NCBI RefSeq assembly: GCF_001194135.2
Contig: NC_068981.1
Coordinates: 21,372,781 to 21,415,331 of the forward strand
Reading direction: 5' to 3'
DNA from: Octopus bimaculoides
Lineage: Eukaryota
Length of the DNA stretch: 42,551 nucleotides
Position 1 is the first letter of the stretch. Every line of letters begins with the position of its first letter. Of the stretch, positions 21,261 to 33,150 are shown in pieces. Under the pieces are notes generated by a model. It was not told the origin of the DNA. It did no database searches and saw only the letters and a program-made list of their open reading frames with translations. The position numbers and the translations under genes are program-made.

Positions 21261-21384
21261 ATGATACATACAAGCACCATTTTATTGGAATAGTAGGTCC
21301 CAATAAGAAATGACTTGAATCAAGATCACTTGTCCAACTTATGCTAGCATGGAAAGCAGATATAAACAGTGAGACCCAAGATGT

Positions 21385-22420
21385 CATTGGGAAAAGGTGT
21401 GTTTAAGACTTAATGTCCTTTGGAACACTTGTATACCAATGACCTAATTCTTATGGATGATTCAATCAAAGATTTAGACAAGAAATTCCAACTGTAGAAG
21501 CAAAAACCTAGAACTGAGAATCCTCAAAGGAAATCTAACGAAGACAAAAGTTTTAATTAGCGGAAAAGGAGACGGAACTCTAATACCATCTGAGAAGTGA
21601 TTATACTTTATGTGGGAGAAAGGAGTAGATGGAAATTCTATTCCGTGTACTTTACATAAACTATAGATGCACAGGCAGGGGGGGGGGGGACAGAAAAGAA
21701 GACTTCAAATGCAGTAGATACACATGAGTAATTACCTGTAAGAGTTCCTATGAAACACATTCTTCCAAATGTTTGGGGCAGTAGGGTGCTCCCTAGATGT
21801 AGTTCACAGCTTTTGTTAACTGTGGTGGGATTTTTCCAAAGATATAACAGTAAGAATAAGAACAGAGTGGTAAAGGTTTAGGGAGCATGTGCCTCAACTG
21901 GCAGCCAAAAGATTTTCTCTCTGAGTGAAGGGCAAACGGTACAATGCTTGTATGAAGTGCAAGCATCATACTCTTTGCATGGTAATGAGCTTTGGGCATT
22001 AAATTCAGAAGTGTGTAAAGACTAGGGTAAAAAAAATGAAGCCAACATGTTCTGCTGGATGTATAATGTTAGCATACAGAAACCACAGAGCGCATGTGAG
22101 CTGATAGGAAAACTGAGTACAAGAGGAATTAGAAGCAGTGTGCGAGATAAAAGAGAAAACTATGCTTGTATTGGCACACTATATGAATGGAGGATGACAG
22201 CTAGATAAGGAAGAGTATAGTGATCCAAATGGAAGGAGCTTGTGGTAGAGGTAAACCAACATGGGAACAACTCATGAAAGATAATCTCAAAAGGCTGAAC
22301 ATCATGAAGGAAATGATATAAGAATACAAGTGGCAAGACACTGAAGAAGATTTATCTAATTCAGGTAAACATGGAGGAGTGAATGCAAGAATAACGATGA
22401 TGATGATTATGATGATGATA
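21385..22420 (+). pseudogene. RTE-clade LINE 3' half: end of RT, Cys-rich region, C-terminus, short 3' UTR and (GAT)n tail
   Basis: LYTNDLILM (YADD-like), NLTKTKVLISGK, GVDGNSI, KGKRYNACM, LHGNE.WAL, GRGKPTWEQLMKDNLK; many stops. Confidence 0.8.
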
Positions 22421-22565
22421 TGACGATGATATGATGATGATGATGATGATGATGATAGGGGAGAAGAGAAGGAGGAAGGAAAGAAGATGAAGGAAGAGGA
22501 GGTGAAGGAGGAGATTGACGACAATGATGATGATGACATGAATGAATGAAATATAAATGCTAATT

Positions 22566-22602
<37 letters not shown>

Positions 22603-22745
22603 ACATGCACATACACAGACACTGGAACACTCAGAGATCTACACACTCATGAAACACATAGATGTAGTGAGACCACTATATGCACACTTTATATATACTT
22701 ATACATGCACATGCACACACACAGATATATATATATATATATATA

Positions 22746-22848
22746 TCAGATTGGAGCCTGGTGTAGCCACCTGGTCCACCAGTCCTCAGTCAAATCGTCC
22801 AATCCATGCTAGCATGGAAAGCGGACGTTAAACGATGATGATGATGAT
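22746..22848 (+). mobile_element. Family A short young copy inserted in (AT)n
   Basis: Terminal 100 bp of A, flanked by (AT)n on both sides. Confidence 0.88.
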
Positions 22849-23420
22849 ATATATACACTCATGGAACATATACAGATGTACAACCAGAACTTCACATTGA
22901 TACATTATGTATACACTCACACATATACAATGGCAGTTATTCTGAATAAGAGCTGATCTGGTCCATGATATCTCATCCAGCCCATGCAGGCATGGAAAAC
23001 ACATGTAAAATATTATGACAATGATGATGATGAAATCTGAATGAAATCTGAACCATTACTCATTCTGTTCACTAGAGCCTTTAACTAAGAGGGTTTAGTG
23101 GTTATTTCAACACTTAAAATGTAATTATGTAGTACCAGGGTAAGACTGAGGTTCTAGGATTACCTCCAGGAATGTAATAGCAGAGTAAGCGTTTGGAACA
23201 ACATAGAACTAAGTATTCAGGCAGTTTGACTAAAAATGGCTTGAAGGCTCCAAGTGTTCTGCAATAAGATAAAATAGAAATAATCTTAAATTTCATAATA
23301 TGATTACAAAAAAAATATATATATAAATATATACATAAATATACATGTACATATATATAAGTATATAAGTATGTAAGTGTGCACATGTGTGTGTGGAGAG
23401 AGAGAGATGTACATGCATAA

Positions 23421-23467
<47 letters not shown>

Positions 23468-23499
23468 GCTTGTATGTGAGTGTCCACATATAAACGTGT

Positions 23500-24050
23500 G
23501 TGAGTTTGTGAGTGTGCAAATGGTAGATAGGTTTACTAAGAATAGAGAACTCAATATATTATGTAGTGTGTATATTCCTAGATTAGTTGTTTATGAGTCT
23601 CACTACCATTGACATGTTTACAAGTCATTGAGTCTTCAGACACCTGTAGAGCATGAAGCTTTGGTTGCATTCAGCATGAAAGGTGATTCCTTATTGGTTA
23701 CTGGTGATCTGGACTCTCATTGGATATACCAAGTCATGTGATGGAATTCAGAGAGAACCACTGTATACAGCGCTCATTGATGCAGGAGAGGAAATTCAGT
23801 CAGGTTAAACTTTCATTAGTAAAGGAGATAGTCTTTTGATATGCCTTGAAATATTTTTCAAATTATTTGATCAGAAATGAGGCAGGATAAAAGTTCATAT
23901 AAGTGAGGACAAATGGAAATCATCTGAATTTCTTGTTGAGAGAAATGACAAGCCTTTTAGGCCAGTTGAGCCAGCAGTTCAGAGATACTCTGGTTTCTTG
24001 CAGGGCAGTTATGTTCTTGATCAACTAAGATTTCAAATAAAATAAGACAA
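23500..24050 (+). pseudogene. Highly decayed RTE-type APE endonuclease remnant
   Basis: Across frames: DRF..ELNILCSVYIP (IISVYAP-like), LLVTGDLDSH (GDFNxH-like), SYK*G..NHLNFLL (TYxSG..QID-like), VLDQLRF; same order as 34441-34850. Confidence 0.55.
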
Positions 24051-24164
24051 GGATATAGAGTTAACCTTGTCTACACAGAGTAATGAAAATGTTAAATATA
24101 ACACCCTTTGAAATTGTTTGCAGTGAATTCCATATTATTTCATGGATAATACCCTAATCACTAA

Positions 24165-24421
24165 CCATTATGCTCATGAGAATAAGGTCATAAGTTCAAT
24201 TCCCATTGCTCCAGTTCACCCAACTGGCTAAAAAGATTTGTACATATAATTCAAAGGGCCAGCCTTGTCACATTCTATGTCATGCTGAATTGTCATGAGA
24301 ACAACGTTAAGAGTACATGTGTCTGCAGAGTGCACAGCCACTTGTATATTAATTTCATGAGCAGGCTGTTCCATTGATTGGATCAACTGGAACACTCATT
24401 GTCATATCCAAAGGACTGCCA
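24165..24421 (+). mobile_element. SINE-R copy, internally deleted
   Basis: TTCAAAGGGCCAGCCTTGTCAC...GGATCAACTGGAAC...CTGCCA. Confidence 0.8.
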
Positions 24422-24704
24422 GTTAGTTTTAGTTACATTCTAGTAGAATGAATATAGCTCTGTATACCATGGCTTTAGAACGGTAATGTCTCCAGTGCAC
24501 AAGTAACTCAATATTGGTAATTTCAGATGGATTCTGGGAGTATTGACAGTGCAAAGCTTTGTATGCTGTCTTTTTTTTTTCTGTTGTGATATGCAATATT
24601 ACACATGAAATTTCTCCATTTCTCCTTCATTCAAATTTGAAACCTCTTACTAATAAAATTTCTACAAACCCATTTGTAAAAACAGTTTAATTCTTAGGAC
24701 ATTT

Positions 24705-24890
24705 CATCATCATCATTTAATGTCCACTTTCCAAGCTGACATGGGTTGGACGGTTTGACATGGTGCTGGCCGGCTGGGAGCTGTCCAGACTCCAGTTGTT
24801 TGCTGCGGCATGGTTTCTATGGCCGGATGCCCTTCCTAATGCCAACCACTTAACAATGTGTGCTGGGTGCTTTTTACATGCCACCAGCAG
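24705..24890 (-). mobile_element. Family A copy (26-bp-unit subfamily 3' end)
   Basis: (CAT)n, GGGTTGGAC...GGATGCCCTTCCTAATGCCAACCAC. Confidence 0.8.
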
Positions 24891-25364
24891 GGCTATAACA
24901 GTAATTTCCATACCTGTGAATCTGTAAAATTAAGCATTTGGAAATTTTTATCAGGGCATATGCACTTCAACAGGTTCTTCTGCCCTTGCTATTCACCTCT
25001 GGTACTAGAAATTTTGCCCACCCTATTGACATAAGGGTTTTCTGTCTGGTTTTATGTCAGAGATGGTATGTAATAATAAAGCAGACATATGTTCTTTCAG
25101 GCTGTGTTAATATCAAAATTTGCAGAGCAAACTTTGTGCGTCAATAATAGCAGACAGTGTTTATATTTAGTGCAGAAAATGTATCAGTGTTGAAATTGTT
25201 CAAACAATAATTTACTTTTATGTGAAATAAGAAATTCAATATAACTATGAATAGAGTATAGAAATCTAAAGAATACTCCCAAAGGGATTATACATGTTGC
25301 AATTCAACATATCATATAAGTCCTCACACACAGCACAGTCTTCACATTCTCTTACTTATACCAT

Positions 25365-25570
25365 CCAAACCAATAAAGAAACCTCTCCATGGTTGTTCTA
25401 AATGCTAGAAATAGCAGTCAAACTTCCTCAGATCCTAACTTAAGATATCAGGAAAGATACACTGGTAAATGTAGTCATGGATATACAAAACAGTTGGGAT
25501 GGTCACGGCTGGAATCATTTTGATTGTGGAAGACTACTCAATCAGGACTGATTTGGGTTTAAAAAACAAC
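25365..25570 (+). mobile_element. Retroposon E copy
   Basis: GCTAGAAATAGCAGTCAAA...GGATGGTCACGGCTGGAAT...ATCAGGACTGATTTGGGTTTAAAAAACAAC; homologues at 29130, 30905-31333 and 41472. Confidence 0.65.
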
Positions 25571-25716
25571 TCTAGCTCCTGTGATTTTACAGTGATTAGT
25601 GACAGCTCAGCCTGAAATTATTTATTGTCAAAGACAACCTGAGATTAACATTGTATATTAGCATACTTAAAACTTTATGAATATTTACGAGATATTGAAA
25701 TAAATTATAATAGGCT

Positions 25717-25988
25717 ACAGCCTGCTCATGAAATTAATGTGCAAATGGTTGAGCATTCCACAGATATGAGTATCCTTAACGTAGTTCTCAAGGAGATTCG
25801 GTGTGACACAGAATGTGCCATGGCTGGCCCTTTAAAATACAGGTACTACTCATTTTAGCCAGCTGAGTGAACTGGAACAACGTGAAATAAAGAAATAAAG
25901 TGTCTTGCTCAAGGACAATGCATTGTCAGGAATTGAACTCACAGCTTTATGATCATAAGCTGAATATCCTAACCACTAAGTCATGCAC
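25717..25988 (-). mobile_element. SINE-R copy, 3'-truncated
   Basis: Reverse complement of the R body and head (TTGCTCAAGGAC, GAATTGAACTC, AACCACTAA). Confidence 0.8.
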
Positions 25989-26134
25989 TTTCACCCAGAT
26001 GTTCTATATTTACATTATAAACAAATTCTTAAGCTAAGTTTGAACTCAGAAACTTTATCTCTACCCACAGGCAATATCTAATATCTAACCACTAAACCAC
26101 AATTCTACTGAAATACTTTTTATTCTATAATTCT

Positions 26135-26334
26135 TTTACTTGTTTTAGTCATTGGACTGTGGCCATGTTGGAGCACTGCTTTGCATTCTGCACTTATTCT
26201 TTTAAGTCTGGCACTAAGTCTCTTGGAGTCTTTTGTCAAGCTGCTAAGTTATGGGGGATGAAAACAAACCAACACTGGTTGTCATGTCATGTGAGGACAA
26301 AGATATGAACACATACACACACATATACATACAT
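26135..26334 (-). mobile_element. SINE-B1 3' half
   Basis: TTTTACTTGTTTTAGTCATTGGACTGTGGCCATGTTGGAGCAC is the reverse complement of the B1 tail; ends at the microsatellite. Confidence 0.75.
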
Positions 26335-26675
26335 GGAGCATAGACCATCAGCAACTTTTCTTCACTGCCTTGACTCTGGGCTATCTCCCCAGTTGGATAC
26401 CTACTCTTTACAGCTTCCTTTCAGATTTTGCTGTAGTGCATCATGTTTCCTTAACGAAGCCCTTCTTCTCCCAGGTTTTGCTGGTTTTAAGTTATTATCG
26501 ATGCTTCTGTAACTTTGTTTCTTTCTAGATATGCAAATCCATTTCTACTTTTGAGAATAGGTGGTCCAGATTAGTTTGATCTGTTCAATATGAAAGACCT
26601 AACCAAGAGCTTGGACTCCATTAGCATAGCATTCAGGGTCACTGAGGTACATAAGCCACCTCAAGGATTGGACTT
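26335..26675 (-). mobile_element. Candidate internally deleted RTE derivative, copy 2
   Basis: Minus strand: CTTATGTACCTCAGTGACCCTGAATGCTATGCTAATGGAGTCCAAGCTCTTGGTTAGG...GTTACAGAAGCATCGAT...CTGGGAGAAGAAGG...GAAAGGAAGCTG, then NWG...RKVADGLCS. Confidence 0.6.
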
Positions 26676-27009
26676 TGTGGTCGTATAGCAAACACAAAAT
26701 CCTCTAAGAATAAAAAATTCTAGTATATAAGATGTCATAGTAAAATTCTAAACCAAGAAATACAAGCAATTGGGTTAATTATTTAGAATACATTAAGAAA
26801 GAAAGAATATTTATAATTAAAAAAAATCACTAAATCATTAATTCCTGACATTTAAGTTTGTCTTATATATAGACAGAATACTTTGGCTATACAATCTTCT
26901 ACACAGTTAATATAATCATATCACTTGATAATATTTCAGGAAAGGAAACTAGATTAGTGTAGTGGACATAAAAATGTGTTCACACACATAAATATGCATA
27001 TTATTTTTA

Positions 27010-27233
27010 TTATTTTATTTGTTTCAGTCATTTGACTGCAGCCATGCTGGAGCACCGCATTTAGTCAAACAAATCGACCCCCAGGACTTTATTCTTTGTA
27101 AGTCTAGTACTTATTCTATAGGTCTCTTTAGCCGAACTGCTAAGTTCCAGGGATGTAAACACACTAACATCAGTTGTCAAGCAATGGTGGCGGAGGGGAC
27201 AAACACAGACACACAAACATATACAAATATATA
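27010..27233 (-). mobile_element. SINE-B1 3' half
   Basis: Reverse complement of the B1 tail up to the AC/TA tract. Confidence 0.8.
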
Positions 27234-27613
27234 TCAGGTCATCCCATAAGTTCTGTCCGATTTTACCTTTTTTAAAACTGAATGAAATTTAATAGTATTT
27301 TAGAATGTCTAATGGAATTAAAAATTATTTTTATGCATTTGTGTACATTTAAACTAATTAAATATTATTTTACAGAATAATAGAATTAAAATTTCTTTGA
27401 TTAAAACCCTTTCTAACATGGAAGTATTCAAAGAGCATTTAAGGCACATAATGCTTTATGAGTACAAAAAAGGAAACTCTGCAGTCGAAGCAACTTGAAA
27501 CATACACTCAGTTTATGGGAAAGAATGCTTGAATGAAAGAACTTGCAGAAGATGGTTAGCAAAATTCAGAAGTGGAGATTTCAGCCTTGAAGATGAAGAT
27601 TGAACAGGATGTC
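27234..27613 (+). mobile_element. 5' fragment (380 bp) of the 16761-18037 mariner family
   Basis: TA plus TIR TCAGGTCATCCCATAAGTTCTGTCCGA; ATG at 27418, MEVFKEHLRHIMLYEYKKGNS...ERTCRRWLAKFRSGDFSLEDED. Confidence 0.92.
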
Positions 27614-27789
27614 AACATCACTTGATAACTGAAATTGGTGTGTTTACATCCCCATAACCTAACATTTTGGCAAAAGTGACCAAAAGAATCAGTACAAGGC
27701 TTACAAAGAATAAATCTGAGGGTCAATTAGGTGGTGCTCCAGCATGGCCACAGTCAAATGACTGAAACAAGTAAAAGAATAAAAGAATA
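27614..27789 (+). mobile_element. SINE-B1 3' part
   Basis: GGTGTGTTTACATCCCCATAAC...GGTGCTCCAGCATGGCCACAGTCAAATGACTGAAACAAGTAAAAGA. Confidence 0.8.
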
Positions 27790-27862
27790 TATATCCTCCA
27801 CATTACGCGCGCACACACACACACACACATCTGAATTAAGTAAAAGCAAAATTAAAAGATGT

Positions 27863-27981
<119 letters not shown>

Positions 27982-28230
27982 CCCCGTCCAGGACTCATTC
28001 CCCACCTCTACTAAAGTGCTTTAGTAATTATTGGAACAATGACAATCATGATTTCAACTAGCAGGAAGCATCTCCTTAAATAATATCTTACGTATATCAC
28101 ACTTTTTTGTCTCATCTCCGAGACTACAAGGTTCATTCTATTTGTTATTGTTGTTGCTGTTGTTGTTGATGTACTTATTGTTATCAGCAGCCTTGCTTTC
28201 ATTATAACCATTGTCAGAATCATTTTCTAG

Positions 28231-28420
28231 GGCCATGTAAAAGGCATTGATGCTGGCGCCACATAAAAAGCACTCAGTACACTCTGCAAAGTGGTTACTA
28301 TAGAAACCATACCAAAACAGACAACTGGAGACTGGTGCAGCTCTTCAGCTTGCCAGCTCCTGTCATTGACCATCCAACCCATGCCAGCATGGACAAGAGA
28401 CGTTAAATGATGAGGATGAT
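28231..28420 (+). mobile_element. Family A copy (26-bp-unit subfamily), followed by (CAC)/(CCT)/(CAT)n to 28580
   Basis: TGCTGGCGCCACATAAAAAGCAC...CATCCAACCCATGCCAGCATGG...CGTTAAATGATG. Confidence 0.8.
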
Positions 28421-28519
28421 CATCATCATCACAATTATCCTCTTCATCATTGCCACCAGACCAGCACCACACCACCACCACCACCATCCTCCTCCTCCTC
28501 CTCCTCCTCCTCCTCCTCC

Positions 28520-28583
<64 letters not shown>

Positions 28584-28589
28584 AGGTAA

Positions 28590-28750
28590 TAAGGTGGTGA
28601 GCTAACAGAATCGTTAAAGCATTGCAAATTAACACCTCGCAGTATTTCTTCTGGTTCTTTACATTCCGAGTTTATATAATGCTGAGGTCAACAAAGTACC
28701 GGTCATGCACTGGACTCAATATAATCAGCTAACACACTTCCTTCAAAACT
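28590..28750 (+). mobile_element. SINE-D with core deletion
   Basis: AAGGTGGTGAGCTAACAGAATCGTTA...GCTGAGGTCAAC/AAAGTACCGG... Confidence 0.6.
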
Positions 28751-28839
28751 GAATTAGAAGAAATTATTATCCAAAGTAATGGAGTACCAGATGTGATAAA
28801 GTATGATATCAAATATCATTTATTATCTAGTTTGCACCA

Positions 28840-29120
28840 CCATCAACACCAACAACACCACCACCACCGACAACAACAACAACAACAGCAGCAGCAGCAG
28901 CAACAACAACACATACATCACTGACTACTAAAGTGACTACAACCATTTCCGAGGATCACCCATCCCATCATTACATTATCTCCATTACTACCACTTCTAC
29001 TACAACCACCTCAACTCCTACCATTACCATCACCTCCATCACAATCATCACTATTGCTACTACTATCATCTCTATTCTCATTATCACCATCACAATAACT
29101 ACCAACAATTGCAAGAACAA
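28840..29120. repeat. Degenerate trinucleotide tract (CAC/AAC/CAG/ATC/ACT)
   Basis: Direct inspection. Confidence 0.85.
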
Positions 29121-29472
29121 CAGTAGCAATGAAGGAACCTCTTCGTAGCTGTTTGACCTGCTAAAAATACCAGCCAAATTGTCCTCAAATTATACAGTAC
29201 TATCTGAGAAGATGGCTTAGTCACAGTCGGGCCACATATTATCAAAGGTATGGTGTTTCAGAACAGTGTGTGAACAAAAGACCAGTAGCAACAATTCCAA
29301 GATCATCGATTTTAACTGTGGCTAATAGTAACGGCAGATAGCTTAACTGAATAAGTTACCATTTGGTCAATCTCAGAACAATTTGGTTAACATACTTACT
29401 AAAGCAGAACAGCTTTGAGAGAGAGTATTAAGGATTTTGCTAACTAATCTGCTATAATTTATAACAAATGTT

Positions 29473-29730
29473 AAGTGGTGAGATGGTAGAATCATTAGTA
29501 CATTGGACAAAATACTTCGTGGTATTTTTTTCAGCTTTTTACATTTTGAGTTCAAAATCTGCTGAGATCAATTTTGCCTTTCAGCTTTTCAGTATTGATA
29601 AAATAAAGCATTAGTCAAGCACTGGGTCAATGTAATCGATTACCCCACCCCCAGTAGCTGGCCTTGTGCCAAAATTTGAAAATATATTTCATAACAAACA
29701 TTTGTTCATTAAATCCTGTTCCTTCAAAAG
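29473..29730 (+). mobile_element. SINE-D, tail type 2 with 3' extension
   Basis: D head and core; 29601-29730 colinear with 38481-38612. Confidence 0.75.
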
Positions 29731-29829
29731 GAATTGTCCCTCAAAAGTATGAAACTATGAACTTACAATCCAAGCTATTATAACTAGTTTATAGTTTTAT
29801 ACACATTTGTTATGGCTATGCAACATTAT

Positions 29830-29930
29830 CCTTTGGATTGGATTGCCTATGTTCAGTCCACTACAGGACGAAGGCCTCAACATATTCTCTCCACCAACCA
29901 GTCTGATGTGGAGGCTGTGAATTTGAGCTT
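29830..29930 (-). mobile_element. RTE LINE extreme C-terminal/3' fragment
   Basis: Minus strand W..EYVEAFVL*WT resembles the RTE end WRxxxEAYVQQW. Confidence 0.45.
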
Positions 29931-30019
29931 CAGATCATACTGGTCTCATGAGCCTACTCTGTCACTGGTTCAACATACATTAGCAGAGGGGCACAGCTTT
30001 TATACTCATACCCAGGAGT

Positions 30020-30330
30020 AGTTTAGTCAATTTCATCAACCCCAGTTCTTAATTGGTGTTTATTTTATTGACCAAGATAGCCTCAGTGGAATTTGAACTC
30101 AGAACATAAAGACAGACAAAATACCACAAAGCATTTTGTTCAGCATACTAACAATTTTGCCAGTTCACCATTTTAACATTCTCTTTATCTCTTAAAACTA
30201 CAATCTCATCTAGAATGCATTACAGAAATATAAGTTGACCCCCATTACTTGACTGGTATTTGATTTTATCAACTTCAGAAGAATGAAATATAGAACTGAC
30301 TAATGCAGGATTTGAACTCTTATCATAAAT
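30020..30330 (-). mobile_element. Two SINE-D fragments (30020-30175 and 30230-30330)
   Basis: ATTTGAACTCAGAAC...TTGCCAGTTCACC and ACTGGTATTTGATTTTATCAAC motifs. Confidence 0.65.
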
Positions 30331-30904
30331 GGCCATATCTAGAACTTACATGAAGTGGAGTTCACGTTGTTCATCACTCTAGGATTTATAAGTAGGGTCT
30401 CGTGGAATATCTGACAAACTCCTCCCTCAAAACAAACAGCTTTATAATTTTGAATTTTGAGAAAATCGCCTCCCTCTCCCACCATGGTCTGAAATTAGTC
30501 TGGTTCCACCTTGCAAAATTTCTCCTGGAGGCCTTTGGTAATAACTTAATCCTGTAAAACATTTTGTCAGTTGCCCTAACAGTTCTACCAAGTTAGACAT
30601 TCAATGTTGACCTCTCCTTGATGTGACCTCAAACAAAGTGGTTTACACTAGTTTACTATAATAAACATAATGGTTTATACTAGTTTCTTTATTATACTAG
30701 TTTGTTTATTATACATTACACTAGAGTAATATAGTTTCTATATACACTATAAATAAAGTGGTTTATACTAGTTTCTACTAATATCTAGAGACAGAGTATT
30801 CTACTAATACTCTGTTTCTTTACTGTCAATTTTGACTTCAACTTCTACATCTTCAGTTTAAACTTTTCTAGCAATAGAGTCAATGAGGAACCTCTTCATA
30901 GACT

Positions 30905-31333
30905 CTCCTTAGAAACACCAGCAAAATCACAGCTTTCTTAAAAAAAATAGAAAGGACACATTGGAAAATAAAAGATGGGATTGTCACAGCTGGAATGCTC
31001 TCAACAATAAGTTTATTGGATCAAGGCTAATCTGGGACAAAGCAACAACAATATGGAAGGACATATTCAATAATATAGCTCTAGACACACTATATCTGAA
31101 TAAAAGACCGGATGGTCATGAACAGACCATCTTGATTACAGGTCAGCTGGATCAAGGTTGACATGGGGTTAAATAAGAACAACAACTATAAATAAGGAAT
31201 CATTTGATAATGTAGCTGTCAATATTGTAATCCTAGATACACTAAATAGAAACCGGCTGTTTACAGCTGGAACATTTTTGATCAGAGGTGTGATGGATCG
31301 AGTCAGTGCTGACCAAGGGTTAAACAACAATAA
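30905..31333 (+). mobile_element. Three tandem partial copies of retroposon E
   Basis: GATGGGATTGTCACAGCTGGAAT, CCGGATGGTCATGAAC...GGGGTTAAATAAGAACAAC, CCGGCTGTTTACAGCTGGAAC...GGGTTAAACAACAAT. Confidence 0.6.
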
Positions 31334-31479
31334 TAGCTACTTCATCAACAATCACATCAATACTAGGTCAATTATCTCATTGCTATTTGTCTATAGACAC
31401 CAAGCAATAAAGAACGGAAGTAAAGCGGATATTTGTACAAAATTAGTCAAACTATGACAATCTCTCATGTTGATGGAAA

Positions 31480-32560
31480 CCATAGCTGACAGCCCTTCCC
31501 TAAATATAACAGCTACAACATATTTGACTAAATTAATTTCCATCCAATTGATCATATGTAAAAAAGGAAATATTAAATAATGAAAAAAACAACAAAACAA
31601 TTACACTGACAAATCATGCTGATAAAACCCTACTTAAAGATCTTATCAGCATGAATTGGAAATAGTAAAGAGATGAGTAGAATCTAGAACTGACAAAAGA
31701 ATGGGAGATATTATTCTTATCCTAAAAAAACTTGGGAGCATGGTGAACAATTGTTTATTGCCTCTAATGACTATTAAAAAGCTTTTGATAAAGTTATTCA
31801 TGATAAATTATTGTCAGTTTTAGCAGAAATAGGATTTCCTTGCTGTTTTATAGAATTATTAAAATCACTTTATTCTGGGTAAAGAGGAATGTCAAAACTA
31901 ATACAGGCTTCTCAGAGAGGATTGAAACTGCACAGTGAGTGCAACAAGGATATATCCTTCTCCTCATCATCATTTATCATCTATTTTCCATGACGGCATT
32001 GGTTGGATGGTTTAACAGGAACTGGCAAGCTGGAGGGCAGCACCAGGTTCCAATTGTCTGTTTTGACAGGGTTCCTACAGTTGGATGCTCTTCCTAATGC
32101 CAACCACTCTACAGAGTGTACTGGGTGCTTTTTGTGTGGCACCAGCATGGGTGCTTTGTACGTGGTGCCAACACAGCAGTGTTTTGCATGACATTGGCAC
32201 AGGTGCTTTTTATGCAGCACCAGTACAGGTGCTTTTAACATGGCACTAGCACAGGTGTTCTTTATGTAGTGTTAGCATTGGTGCTTCTTACATGGCGCCA
32301 TCACAGGTGTCTTTTATGTGATGCTGGCACAGGTGCTTTCTATGTAGCACATGGATGCTTTGTATGTTGGGCCAGCACATAATGTTTAACATGTATGCAG
32401 AAAATGTAATGAAGAAAGCTCTAGAACATTTCCAAGATACAGTTAAGAATCAATAAAAGATACGTCAATGATACAGGCTCTATTGCTACTATCTTAGAAG
32501 AATTAAGGCTTTTGATGAAGAAAGTGAAAGAGAAAAATATAGAATATGGTTCATTCATTA
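31480..32560 (+). pseudogene. BovB-like RTE reverse-transcriptase remnant, split by family A insertion 31966-32380
   Basis: KKGNIK..TITLTNHADKTLLK, DY*KAFDKVIHDKL..VLAEIGFP..IELLKSLY, VQQGYIL(S)P, then after the insertion MFNMYAENVM, RYVND (YADD-like), EELRLLMKKVKE. Confidence 0.8.
31966..32380 (-). mobile_element. Family A copy with about ten 26-bp units
   Basis: A 3' end 31966-32125; units of the form TTTTTATGCAGCACCAGTACAGGTGC. Confidence 0.85.
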
Positions 32561-32593
32561 CTGCTGACAAAATGGAAAAAAAAATCCTATATT

Positions 32594-33036
32594 AGGTGCA
32601 GGTATGGCTATGTGGTAAGAAATTTGCTTCCCAACCATTTGGTTTTAGGTTCAGTCCCACTACATGTCACCTTGGGCAAGTGTCTCCTACTATAACCTTG
32701 GGCCAACCAAAGCCTGAGTGGATTTAGTAGATGGAAACTGAAAGAAGCCCATCATGTGTGTGTGTGTGTGTGTGTGTGTAAGTCTTTGCGTTTGTGTTTG
32801 TTTCCCACCACCACTTGACAACCAATGTTGGTATGTTTATGTCCCCATAACACAGCATTCCTGCAAAAGAGACCAATAGAATAAGTACCAGGCACTACAA
32901 AACAAAAAGTTTAAAAAAAAAAAAAATAAATAAATAAGTACTGGGCTCAATTTGTTTGACTGAAATTCTTCAAGGCGATGCCCCAGCATGGCCACAGTCT
33001 AATGACTGAAAGAAATAAAAGCTAAAGGAGAAAAGA
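32594..33036 (+). mobile_element. SINE-B1 full length
   Basis: Same architecture as 6883-7298. Confidence 0.85.
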
Positions 33037-33150
33037 TAACTGAATAATTAAATTACCAAAGAGGTAAATGAGTTTTGCAATCTTGGAAGTCATCATTGTT
33101 GTTGATGTTGTTGTCGTTGTAGTCATCATCATCATCATTATCTTAATCCT

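Noticed and set aside
23613-23740. WD40-like peptide VAFSMKGDSLLVTGDLD
   Set aside because: Flanking frames give APE endonuclease motifs in the correct order (SVYxP, GDxxxH, YxxG..D), so a decayed LINE explains it better.
24914-24921. Possible 8-nt minus-strand micro-exon, plus candidate plus-strand exons at 24527-24560 and 39395-39453
   Set aside because: Splice-like dinucleotides only, with weak donors or no recognisable peptide; not distinguishable from background.
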